A DNA stretch of 64,000 nt. It comes from Parasitella parasitica NRRL 2501 (Eukaryota; Fungi; Mucoromycota). Where the stretch lies: positions 98,681-162,680 of the forward strand of contig MU619301.1 in NCBI GenBank assembly GCA_025201805.1, written 5' to 3'. The position numbers and the translations under genes are program-made. Below the pieces are notes generated by a model. That model was not told the origin of the DNA. It saw only the letters and a program-made list of their open reading frames with translations, and ran no database searches. Of this stretch, positions 39,689 to 50,595 are shown in pieces; the stretch's first letter is position 1, and every line of letters begins with the position of its first letter.

Positions 39689-40210
39689 ATGCTGACTGTA
39701 TTTCGTACTTTATTTGGTGTGCTTCTCTTGCTCAATTTAATCTCTGTGTCATTTGTGGTGGAAAGCAGACCTATTGTAGACAAACGCGGCATTGCCCATG
39801 TAGTCGACGTTGTAGCAAATATATTTCGAGGCACTGGCACATTTTTCCATCCAGTAACCGAAGGTGGTGCCATTGGTTCCTGTGGCCCTATTGAAAATGA
39901 CCATAGCCGAATTTGCGCCATGAATATCAAGCAGTACGGTCAAGCATCTAAAAAAAGCCCTTGGTGCTTTCTACAACTACGTGTAAAACACGGTGGCAAA
40001 AGCACAGTGTGCACAGTGACAGATTGCTGTCCTGGATGCGCCGAAGGTATTTTGCTGTATATGCTACTTTTAGTTGGCAATCTCACTCATATTCTTTAAC
40101 CAAAAGGCTCTTTGGACATGACGCCACAAGTATTCAACGATTTGGCTCATCCGAGTGTAGGCGCAATTCCGATCGAATGGTGTATTCGTGGATATCGAGG
40201 CTGTACCTGA
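39689..40210 (+). CDS. Secreted RlpA-like double-psi beta-barrel (expansin/loosenin-like) protein
   Basis: Signal peptide MLTVFRTLFGVLLLL, Kex2-like DKR, FRGTGTFF, GAIGSCG, VTDCCPGCAEGSLDMTPQVF...IEW. One intron. Confidence 0.88.
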
Positions 40211-40319
40211 TGGGAATTATTTGTAATTTAGAACGTGTAATAAATGGTATATTTATTTATCAACAAAAGAAGGATATGAATGTGTATCATGAAGCTGGTC
40301 TTTTCTCTTTGCTGCTTGG

Positions 40320-42084
40320 CTAGCTAAGAATCGGCAAAAACTATGGACAAAACTGATCAGCGTCTCATGTTCAGTAAAATTAGCACTGAGGACCTACATT
40401 GCCTACAATAACGCTTGGTAGATCAAATATATCTCTTTTGATGGTGAAGCAAAATGTGCATGGCACAGGTTTTTGCTGCGGTGTACGTAGAATGCATGAA
40501 TAGCTGCAAGCTTTATCTGTATTGTCAAACGCATGCGTCGAGAATTTCTCCCAATACTCAACCGCTGACTGATTCTCCATCAACTGCGACACAAATTATC
40601 AGTCTTTTCCTGGATCTCGTCTCGCAATACCTATTTTGCATTTACCTCATAGATGTATGTCTTTTTATTCAACAGCATGTCTCTTGTCCATTGAGTCAAA
40701 AGCGAAAACTCTTTTCCAACCAAACACACTTCGCCTGTTCTTCTCCACACAACTGTCGGTGTTCCTGAGAAGCTAATCAGCTTTTCGTACTCCAACAAGG
40801 TTCTTTGAATGCAACGCTCCATAAATACTAGATCCTCTTCTGTCAGATTCATAATCAGAGATAGAAACGAAGGTCGAAAGAGTGAGAGAGATTTACTGAT
40901 TCGCATTAAATCTTCGCGCGCCATTCTTTCCGTCACATATTGGATCAAGTAGTGAAATCCCTCTGCGTAATTGAACGGCCTTTTCACACTATTGTACACA
41001 GCCTCAGGTGTATTACCACAATTGCCCTTTCGTCTCGAGGATGATTTGGTGCTATTAGAAGAAGACGTGCTGTCTCTCTTTACCGGTGCAATAGGTGGTG
41101 ATGAAAATTGCTTTAGCTGAGGCTGTGCTCTACGCATTGGAGACTGGAATTGAAGCTGCGGTTGCATTCGTTGCTGCTGCTGCTGCTGTTGTTGTTGCTG
41201 AGGTAAAGGACTTGTGGGCGACGAGGTAAATGGAAATAGTGCCGAGAGCGCTTGAAACGTATTTGGAGAAGATGCTGTTGTTGTTGTTGTGGTGGTGGTG
41301 GTGGTGGTGGCGGTGGCTGGTGTAGAAGGAGTGGTTGCAGTTGTTGTTACCGAGTTTTCGCTCATTTGTGTTGTAGTCGGTGTAGAGGGAGGAGGGCCAT
41401 CGACTACCATATTACCAAGGATACCGTATTCCAATCCAGTTGTTTCTGATCCAAATCCAAAATCAGTCAATGAAAAATTAAACAGCTGTGAAGTATCTAT
41501 AAAGTTTGGGTTGTTATTGCCTAGAGATTTGTTTAAAATTAAAAAAAGTATATCCCTGTAGCAGTCGATGATTTATAACGTACCATCTGCAGGTGTGAAT
41601 GGTACACTGGCTGTGGGCGAGTACAGTTCGTTGTTTTCAGCGTTATTGTGCGCATCATCGAGCTTGATCTTTTTGCGGTTATTGTCTAAACATGTAGTTG
41701 CTAAATCACGTTTTATACATCCTTGACAGGGCCGCCCTTTCACACAAACAACAAACGTAAGAAATATGGTCCGCATATATATATATATTTAAAACATATA
41801 AATACCTCCATCGCAACTAAGATGAGCCTATGCGTTTCGTTTTTTATATAGAGATGAGTGCCTGCATAGAGCGACGCTAGAGTGTAGTTTACCTTTTGGC
41901 AGTGTGTACATGACTGGACCATAATCTTTCTTTTTTCGATCTCTATAGTGGGGTTGAACGAGAAATAATTTTGGTACGCAATTAAATCAGGGCCACTAAC
42001 ACCACCAACATTGGATGTTGTGGTTGACGTTATTCTTGCTGCTGCTGCTGCTGATGGCGAAGATGAAGATATTCCTTGAGACAT
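40320..42084 (-). CDS. Zn(II)2Cys6 transcription factor with C-terminal PAS domain (Ert1/Rds2/AcuK-AcuM family)
   Basis: CTHCQKAHLSCDGGRPCQGCIKRDLATTC (assembled over a 22-nt micro-exon), PFNYAEGFHYL, LISFSGTPTVVWRRTGE, CTFCFTIKRDIFDLPSVIVGNFLPILS. Confidence 0.9.
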
Positions 42085-42606
42085 GCTACTATTAAAAAGG
42101 GGGGATGTTTGGTTAATAGAAAAGAGAGAGAGAGAAGAGAGAGAAAGAAAGATGATTAAAAAAATATAAATTGTTTATTGTTTTCAATGTCGTGTGTGGG
42201 GAGAATCTTTCAACCACCTGACCCTACCATACATTTCTTTTTTTTTTTTTTTTTTTTTTTTTTTCTTTGTACCACATTATTCAAACTTACTGACTCATTG
42301 CGGCCCTAAATGCATTTGATATCAAGTATACTTTATTCAGAAAAATGCTTCCATCTTGCACAGTGAAGGTCTGGTTGCTTTTTTTTTCTTCAAGCGAAAT
42401 TCAACCCCTTGAAATCTCCACTATTTTTGATCCATTTTGCTCCAATTGGAACACAAATATATAAACTACAAGTTGCTAAATGGAGAAATAAAAACTGCAC
42501 ATATCCCAAGAGTCACATATACGAATTTAGTAGGGAAAAGATCATCTATAAAGATCTCCTTTTGTTTGCTCAAGTTTTGTAGAAAAAAAAAAAAAAAAAA
42601 AAAAAA

Positions 42607-43819
42607 ATGTCGAAAAGTAGGAAGCATTTACTGAGCTCGCAAAACACAATACTGACTTAATTTACTGTAGACGGTGGAGCTTCGGCCAATCCCGAGCTCA
42701 CTGATAAATCACTGCAGAATAGAATTCGAGGTTTTGCAGCAGGAATGGCTTCTGGCATAACTAAATTGGCAGTAGGTCATCCATTCGGTATGTAATAAAT
42801 AGATTTGTAACCATAGCAACCTTAATTTAGCCTGAACTCTGTAGACACGGTCAAGATCCGTATGCAGACTACAAGTAGCGCTGATGGTAGATTCAAGGGC
42901 CCATTGGATTGCTTCCTAAAAACTGTTCAGCAAGAGGGCCCACGAGCCTTGTATAAAGGCGCCACTCCACCTTTGGTAGGCTGGATGTTTATGGACAGTA
43001 TCATGTATGTGCAGCATCACAGCAATTCACCTTGGCCAAGATTTAATTTACTCCCCGTAGGCTAGGCACGATGCACAATGCTCGTATGATCCAACAGCAG
43101 TGGAATGGAGATCGGCCTCTCAGCATATTTCAATATGGCTTGGCGGGATTGGCTGGTGGCATCACAGTGTCCTTTGTTGCAACACCCGTAGAACAAATTA
43201 AAGCAAGATTGCAGGTACAATATGATGCGAAATCAAAGACATACAAAGGCCCAATTGACTGTATTCGACAAGTGGTAAGCCTGGGATGACATAATACAGC
43301 CTGCTACTGTGATGTACCTGACTATTGAATATGCTAGGTCCGAAACAATGGCGTACTCGGTTTGTGGCAAGGTTTGACACCTACAATGTTGTTCCGAAGT
43401 TGGTTTTTTGTATTTTGGTGCTCTTATGAAGTATTGACAACTAGATTGAAACAGACGAGCTTATCGGATGGTAGCGTCTCGTTCATTGCAGGCGGTCTTA
43501 GTGCTACCGCCTTCTGGATAGGTGCATTTCCTTCAGGTAAGAAGATAGTTGGCTCCAAGCAGCGAACTATGCTAAATGAGTCACAATAGATATGGTCAAG
43601 AATCGCTACATGACACAGCCTGATGTGTCACCAAAGAAATTCCCCACTCCTACGTCTGTTGCACGCCATGTATACCAGACTCAAGGGTTGCAAGGCTTTT
43701 ATAGAGGCTTTATACCGTCCTTTTTGCGCGCATTTCCTACGAATGCGTCTGCTGTATTCATGTTTGAGTTGGTGATGAAATTACTGAGCACCAACAAAGC
43801 AGATAGTGAGCCTCTCTAG
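42607..43819 (+). CDS. Mitochondrial carrier (carnitine/acylcarnitine-Ymc-Ort1-like subfamily)
   Basis: Three PX(D/E)XX(K/R) repeats: GHPFDTVKIRMQ, TPVEQIKARLQ, FPSDMVKNRYM; LRAFPTNAS. Five introns; first coding exon 10 nt. Confidence 0.93.
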
Positions 43820-43865
43820 ATTTTTTTTTATACGTATTTATTGATAAAAGCTTTCCAAATGTTGT

Positions 43866-44913
43866 TTAATTGCAGTTCAGCATTTGAGAAATGCTCTCCA
43901 AATGTTGACTCATGCTCTCCAAATACGTCAGGACTGATTGCTGGAATTCTCGTTGCTCTTTTATATAAGCTTCGTCGAATTGAATATAGGAAACGGATTC
44001 CGAAGCCGGTGTAGCAGAAATGGCAGAGTCGGGTGGGGGCTGATTGCTGCTGCCATCTTGGAGCAAGACTGTATTTTGATTTGTAGCTGCAAAACTCTCG
44101 TTTGCCAATCTTTGAATGATCGACCTCTTCACACGCTTCCTTTCCTTGTTCGATTCTTGTTTGATCAGTTTCCTTGCCTTTTTTTCGTTGTACTTTCTCT
44201 ACACGTTATGCTTAATAACAATAATAGATTTCCGCATTCTTTGATAACAGCTGAAAGTGCACACGTACCAGCGATAAAGCCCCAACTGCTGCTTTATGAA
44301 TAGACTCTTCTTCGATATATTTGTCAGACATCTTGTCGATCGCGCGTCTGCAAGCGTCATAGCGAAGCGGCTTATCATCCGGCGCCACTGCATTAACACT
44401 ATCGACAATCTTTTGCCATGCCTCGGTGCTTTTTCCCCATGGTGCTCCTGGTGGAAAATGCTCTGCATATTTTTGTAAAAGAACTAATCGCTTTGCAGCT
44501 GTCCAGGATCCACGACTTTTTCTCTCTTCTTCGTTGCTATGATCAGCTTTGTCGTCTCCAATGGCAGTTATGGCAGCCTCTTTATTTTGAGAAGTTTGAG
44601 GTTCTGTTTCTTGTTCTCCTTGTTCTCTTTGCTCTTCTTGCTCTTCTTGCTCTTCTTGCTCTTCTTGCTCTTCTTGCTCTTCCCGCTCGTCTGGTTTCTC
44701 TCGTTGTTCCTCCTGATCCTCTTGATTTCGCTGCTCAGCATGTGCTTGTCGCTCAATCTGCTCACATTGTTTCTGCTGCTCCTGCTGCTCCTGCTGCTCA
44801 CTTTGCTCTTGTGTTTCTTGGGGCTCTTTTTGTTTTCTTTGCCGTTTTTTAACAGGTTGATAAGGTCTAATCTGAAGTGTGTCGCGAGATTTGTTTTTCC
44901 TTGTAGATGACAT
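43866..44913 (-). CDS. Myb/SANT-like (trihelix) putative DNA-binding protein with acidic EEQ repeats and C-terminal coiled segment
   Basis: RGSWT..KRLVLL...WGKSTEAWQKIVDSVN...YDACRRAI..M..KY. One GT-AG intron restores an intact frame to the stop at 43866; 9-bp (gaagagcaa)n repeat at about 44628-44680. Confidence 0.7.
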
Positions 44914-46105
44914 TTTAATGCGATGTTGGGAGAAAAAGGGTAAAGAAAGGCTTATAACCAGATGTGTTGGTTTTTTTCGACTTGTTTTGATCAAATAGTC
45001 GTGTCACAGGGTTGCTGGTAGTATATCTCTCAAGGCCTCATGTAAAACACGGAAAATCAGTAGCAGCAATTGTAATGACTATTGCCTTCATTCATTGCAT
45101 TTGAACATGATTTTTTTTTTTTTTTTTTTTTTTGAAAAACTTGGGCCCGATAATTGAAATAATAAAACTCATTTAGACAGTGATTTCTTGCCCTTTTCAT
45201 TTGGGCTGTCTAAAAAATAGTACGAAAAGCCTAAATTTGATCCAATAATACCAAGTACAATTATGCATTCCATGTAATAATGGGATAGTCCACTCTACGT
45301 GTGAGCTTTGTGCTACTCCATTTAGAACAAAGGTTGATGTACCAAGTATAGTTTATAAAAGTGCATTTGACGGCTTAAATTGTTTATGAACGGATTATGA
45401 ACTCGAATTGACAAAAAAAAAAAGAAACTGGCAGCATTGTAGACTGTACTGATTGCAATTATCGAGTCGTTATCGTAGCACACGGTATATGATTCGAGTA
45501 AAAGTGCTTCGTGTTTGCTGACCAGAGATCGAACAATTGGCTGATAATCTTTGAACAAAACGAAGATGAGGACGAAGCTGAAGAAGAAGGAGAAGGAGCG
45601 AGTGATGTTTTTGCTACAGAAGAGCCAAAGGCCATCATCAGCATCATCTGAATTATCACTGCAGGAGTTCAAGTCAAATGGAGAGACTTTACTGTCATTA
45701 TTGTGGGTATCAGCATTGTTCACGACTTTTTGATCAATAGCAGCAGCATCGTTTGTCGCTGCTGGTTGTGTCCGAGCCATCAGTTGATGCATAAATAATT
45801 GGTATCGTTTTTTGCTGCTTGAGAAACGGCTATCAGACTTTTAAAATTTGATCGGTTTCATCAAATGGAAATCTTAGCGTTGGTAAGATCAAGAATTCAA
45901 TTCATATAATAAGCTAAAAATTAGAGTTGTTGGGAGATTAGTAGTCAACGAAGGTCTTGCTATTTTCTTTCTGTAAGACTATAGACAAACATCTACGGTG
46001 CGTCGTCTTTGCAAAGGCTTAGTTCACCACGACAAACTGGGGTTACTTGCCATCTGGGGTAATTCGTCAACGAAACTTATGAATATGTTACGGTACATAT
46101 TACTT

Positions 46106-46136
<31 letters not shown>

Positions 46137-46828
46137 ATAATATATACGTGTATAGATATATGTATATTGAACTTTGAACAAATTGCCTGATCTGAGCCCT
46201 TGTTTTTGTTTAAACATTCCAATACGATCAATTATGAACTTATTTTTTGAGGTGCACATTATATCGTTTTCCATTCCAAGCATCTACTGCCAAGTGAAAA
46301 GGAAGGCAAGGGGAAACGACGAATAACCATTATTAGGTAAATCCTTGGACAATATGCGGTGCAAATAATAGAATACTGTCCCATACTCAGAGTATTTGCG
46401 AAATTAGTAAGATATACGACGCTTCCACTGATAGGCTTCAGCTGATAGAACTTGTTTTGTTGTTTGTTTGTTTGTTTGAAAAAATAATACATTGATTAAA
46501 CGGTTACACACAAAATTTGTGTAAACAGAACATTTCAACTTTCGCTTTGGATCTACCTCGTATCCAAGATATACAGCAAACCACCTCATAATGTGTGGCT
46601 ATTGATGCAAGAAATTGTGCAGGTGATTACACGTTTAGATCTTGGAGCCTTTCAAAATACAGATGGTTGTTATGTCTTGACGAAACCTTTGGGTATTCAA
46701 GATTTGAAAATTGTTGGTATCAAGATTTGGCGATCTACCGCAAAGGCACTGTGTAATGCTGAGTTTTACATCACTGCATACAAAGCTGTAAAACAAAATT
46801 TTCAAGTTTTTCACACATTCAGTATATT

Positions 46829-47706
46829 ATGGTGAAAGGTAATATGGAAGAAGGCTACAACACGAGTATCTTGATGTATAAAAATACCAACAAAAATTAC
46901 TCTCAGTGCTGATTCTGGGGGCTGGCTACGGCACGCGTTTGCAGAGAGATTTAAAAGCATCCAGCGACTACAACCATTTACTTGGCGTACCAAAGGCACT
47001 TTTACCCTTGGGCAACAAAGATGCGTTAATCACTCATTGGGTAGAGTTGTTCGAATCCCACAACATTTCTGCACAGAACGACATCTATGCTGTTACCAAC
47101 GGACAGTGTTACGAAGCGTTCAAGAGATGGGCCTTGGCACATGGCATTCCTGCGGACCATATTGTGAGTGATGGGACTAGTACAAACGAAACTCGCCTGG
47201 GTGCAGTTCCCGATATCATGTTTGGCATCAAAGAGTTTGGTTTACTGGAACAAGATGTACTTGTTGTAGGCGGCGATACTTTGTTTTTGCATGATTTCGA
47301 TCTTGCTCAGTTCTTGAAGAAGGCTTTCACGGAAAAGCCTTCAAGCTGCCTAGTGACAACCTATCAAGTGGCCGATCAAGAGGTGCACAAATTTGGCATT
47401 GTCGAAACTGATGGACAAGGCGTGATTACAAGCTTCCTCGAGAAACCAGCGTCTACTGCAACAAAAGCTCGGTCTGCGTGTCCCTGTTTTTATCTGTTTA
47501 GAAAAGAAGCATTGCCGCTGATTGAGGAGTTTGTCGCAGCTTGCAGAGAGTCGAAGGCGCCCAAGGAAGCTTACGATGCAACGGGTAAATGTCTTGCTTA
47601 CCTTTATCCGCGCTGTTCTATTTCTACATTTCCAATATCTGGCCGTATTGATGTTGGTGGTTTAGACTCCTACATAGAGGCCAACAAATATTTCGAGCAA
47701 AAATAA
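46829..47706 (+). CDS. Stand-alone sugar-1-phosphate nucleotidyltransferase (NTP_transferase fold), similar to the pyrophosphorylase domain of glucuronokinase fusion proteins
   Basis: Spliced MVKVLILGAGYGTRL, GVPKALLP, VTNG, SDGT.TNETRLGAVPDI, GGDTLF, FLEKP, ACPCFY, RIDVGGLDSY. Intron 46839-46906. Confidence 0.85.
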
Positions 47707-47775
47707 ACAACAAACGCTGTGTCAGCGATAGGCATTGCATTTCCTTTTTTTTTTTTAATTAAAGAAAGAATTCTT

Positions 47776-48378
47776 CTAACATCCTGAATGACGGGATTCA
47801 GCCATGGCAGTTGCATTAAATTTGATTGCTATGGGTACAATGATTTGCGCTTGTTTGGGACCCAAGGCGACCAGAGAGGTGTGCGCTGATGTGGGCATAT
47901 TATTGGCCGTAGCCGGGTATTGCGGATCAAATACTAAACTAAACGACCATTCAGATGGCATGTAGCGCCTGAAAAAATGGCAATTAGGGAGCTTCCAAGG
48001 ATGATTGTATACTCTATTATTTCCGTCTGCTCTAGCAGCAGTTACAAGGCCGCCGGCTGCTTTCAGCTGAAAGTTTTGGTTATTTTGAGTCCATTTCAGG
48101 AATACGTCGAGCGAAGAAGGATAGTTTGGAGTGGGATCGGTACGAGGAGCTCCATCTGTAGGCTGCTTATGAATATCACATTGAATAAGCCTATGCTTTC
48201 TGCTGCACTTACTGTTTGTGGGGACACCGTTTATTGTGTATTGTAAAACCAATTGCTGGCCAGGCACAAGCATTTGGTTTTCTTTCGGATTGGTGACGGA
48301 CACAAGTGCATTTGTAGCTGTCTCATCAGCCGTAGCAAGTGTCATTGCAAGCAGTAAAGCTATCAGTACTTTGTACAT
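47776..48378 (-). CDS. Secreted orphan protein (beta-rich, possibly Ig/Kre9-like fold)
   Basis: Signal peptide MYKVLIALLLAMTLATA, VSVTNPKENQMLVPGQ, WKLPNCHFFRRY. Probable intron at 48156-48212. Confidence 0.75.
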   Translation of the reverse strand: MYKVLIALLLAMTLATADETATNALVSVTNPKENQMLVPGQQLVLQYTINGVPTNSKCSRKHRLIQCDIHKQPTDGAPRTDPTPNYPSSLDVFLKWTQNNQNFQLKAAGGLVTAARADGNNRVYNHPWKLPNCHFFRRYMPSEWSFSLVFDPQYPATANNMPTSAHTSLVALGPKQAQIIVPIAIKFNATAMAESRHSGC

Positions 48379-48621
48379 TTGTAAAGAAAGCTTATTCCTA
48401 TCCAGGAGAAGTATCAAGAAAATAAAAGAAGAGGTCCAGCAGCTGCTTCGATTTCTAAAAATATAAGAACCCAAGTGTTTATCACAAAAAAGCTAGGGGC
48501 TGTTTCTTTCTTCATGTGCTGCAACGTCTCGCAAACGGGGGGGGGTGGAGGTGAGGGTGGAGCGTTGAATGCATCATGTCATGTACTCGACCACATTTAA
48601 AATCGCTGGGGGGAATTTTAT

Positions 48622-49871
48622 TTAATAAGGTACGTGGGCTTGCAAGAATCCAAGCATAGCAATAGTCTCTCCAAAATAAGTACACTCGTCATCTTCGTCA
48701 ATGTACCTCATCAACTGGTGCAATTGTTGCTTCCAACCAAGCACCCAAAATAGAAAGCTGACTGGCGCGGTAAACGCCAAATCGCTGTAATCCGCAATGC
48801 ATTTGCCATTCAACTTGTAGCCAGCCCTGATAGGACATTCATCCCCACCTCTACCCAGCTGTTTAGCAAAGAATCGACCTTCTGCCTCTAATAAGGGTCG
48901 GATTCTCTCGTCCTTTGACAGCATGTAGTAATGACCGAGTCTCCACGGAACACGACACGAGTTCCAATTGTAATCTGGATCATGCTTACTCTCCAGCACT
49001 TCTTTGCGGACTGGGCAGTATGATGTCGTTTTAGGATCCAAGGTCAAGAAATCAGCGACCAAACCTGTTTGTGGATTGAGCGCGAGTTGAGCTTGGCATG
49101 TATTTATAATGGCGTTTATCACATTGGCCCAGACTTGTTGTCGCTCTCTGTCGTTCTGTGCGCTTGAAAATCAGAAAAGAATAATGTCGTGTATCAGCTG
49201 TATGCGTATACTTACATGGTAAAATATCAAGTAGCCACTCAAGATAAAATCACTTGGCCGTGTCAGAGCGTAAGCTTCGTCTCCAGGATCCGCCCAATCA
49301 CCCACCAAAGGCATGAATGTGTCATGGTTGAAGCAATGCTCCCAGATAGACCCAGCCAACGAGCAAGCTGCAGCCTGATAATCATACTCGCCTTGAGCAC
49401 CGCCTCTCCCCCATACTTTGGCAGCAATGAATAATGCTGTTGCGACATCTACGTCGCCATCAGTGGCACAGTTTTGCCCACCCTCGTCGCCGGGTACAAA
49501 CGCTCCGTTCTTTGTGCTCTTTTGCTGCCACTGCATCAACCCTTTTGTATTTCTCCATTGCAAAAAGTATCTGTACAATCCATCGAAATCCTGCTGATTA
49601 CGCTTGAGTACAGCAATCAGCATCCCATATCCTAGAAAACACACTGATTAATACTCTTGGTCAATCCATCCGTGTCGATTAGCGTTACCGTGTGCTTCGG
49701 AACATGTCATTTCTTGGCAGCCTTCACTCGGCTCCTTGTAATAGACGTAAAAACCGTCTCCGTATGAACGCAAATACCTAGAATGAAAGGTTAGCATATG
49801 TCGAGCACAAGCGCCTGGACTTTTTACTTGGATCTCCATTTTCCATAAGCCTCTTCTACACTTTTGCCCAT
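48622..49871 (-). CDS. Glycoside hydrolase family 8 (GH8b chitosanase/lichenase type), no signal peptide
   Basis: TCSEAHGYGM (catalytic Glu), GLMQWQ, NCATDGDVDVA.AL..A..VWG, TRPSDF, TGLVADF, LESKHDPDYNWNSCRVPWR. Three introns; N-terminus MGKSVEEAYGKWRSKYLR. Confidence 0.92.
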
Positions 49872-50310
49872 ATTGAAAACGATTTATACAAAAGTGTCAA
49901 AGAAGAAGAGATGATAAACGGCAAGGATATTTTTAGCTCATTTCTATTATTAATTCGTGCCTCGGTAAAAACATTCATCATGTAAAAGAGAGCTCAGCTC
50001 ACCTTCCAGTCAGACATGGCACAATGCTCTTTTTAATAAATTGAGTTTGCGAGTGTGGCATGATACATCTTTTGCGTAAATTTGCTAGCTTCTTGGTCTG
50101 TCCTAAAAAGCACCTTTGCCCCTTGTCACAAACGAGTTATCTTTTATAATGAGCCTTTCTTACTTGAAATAAACCGAGGTTTATTTGACAAGAGCATTAT
50201 GCGAAATTAAAATACCAGTTTGTTATCATCACCACCTTCAGCAGTGGCTTGTTGTGTAATCTAAGGGAAATGAGGCAACTATCTTTTTTGTATTTCTTAA
50301 TCTCCTAACA

Positions 50311-50595
50311 ATGTCACAACAACATGCATTTTGTGGCCATCAGCCAAGAGGACGCGGAGGAGGAGGAGGAAGAGGATTCATAGGTGGATCAAGAGGCGGT
50401 AGAGGCGGTAGAGGAGGAGGAAGAGGTAGAGGTAGAGGAGGCTTTCAACATCACCATAGTAAGCCTAGGCAGCCTATTTATCACCCGGATGTTGATTACA
50501 CACCTGAGGCAATTGAACAACGTTTCTCAGCATATTATCTACCAAGCATGACACGAGACCCTTGGATGCATCTAACGGAGCAAAACCAACAGTAA
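50311..50595 (+). CDS. Small RGG-box protein with C-terminal MPLKIP/TTDN1/SICKLE-like motif
   Basis: RGG/RGR repeats followed by YYLPSMTRDPWMHL, resembling the Y-x-x-x-S-M-x-E-D-P-W-x-x-L family motif. AATAAA downstream at about 50628. Confidence 0.65.
   Translation: MSQQHAFCGHQPRGRGGGGGRGFIGGSRGGRGGRGGGRGRGRGGFQHHHSKPRQPIYHPDVDYTPEAIEQRFSAYYLPSMTRDPWMHLTEQNQQ

Noticed and set aside
45172-45214. 9-bp inverted repeat near the Myb-like gene
   Set aside because: Too short, and no matching end on the other side to call a TIR.
49920-49930. U12-type donor look-alikes (ATATCCTT/GTATCCTT)
   Set aside because: The instances I saw are intergenic or exonic; none coincides with a required intron.
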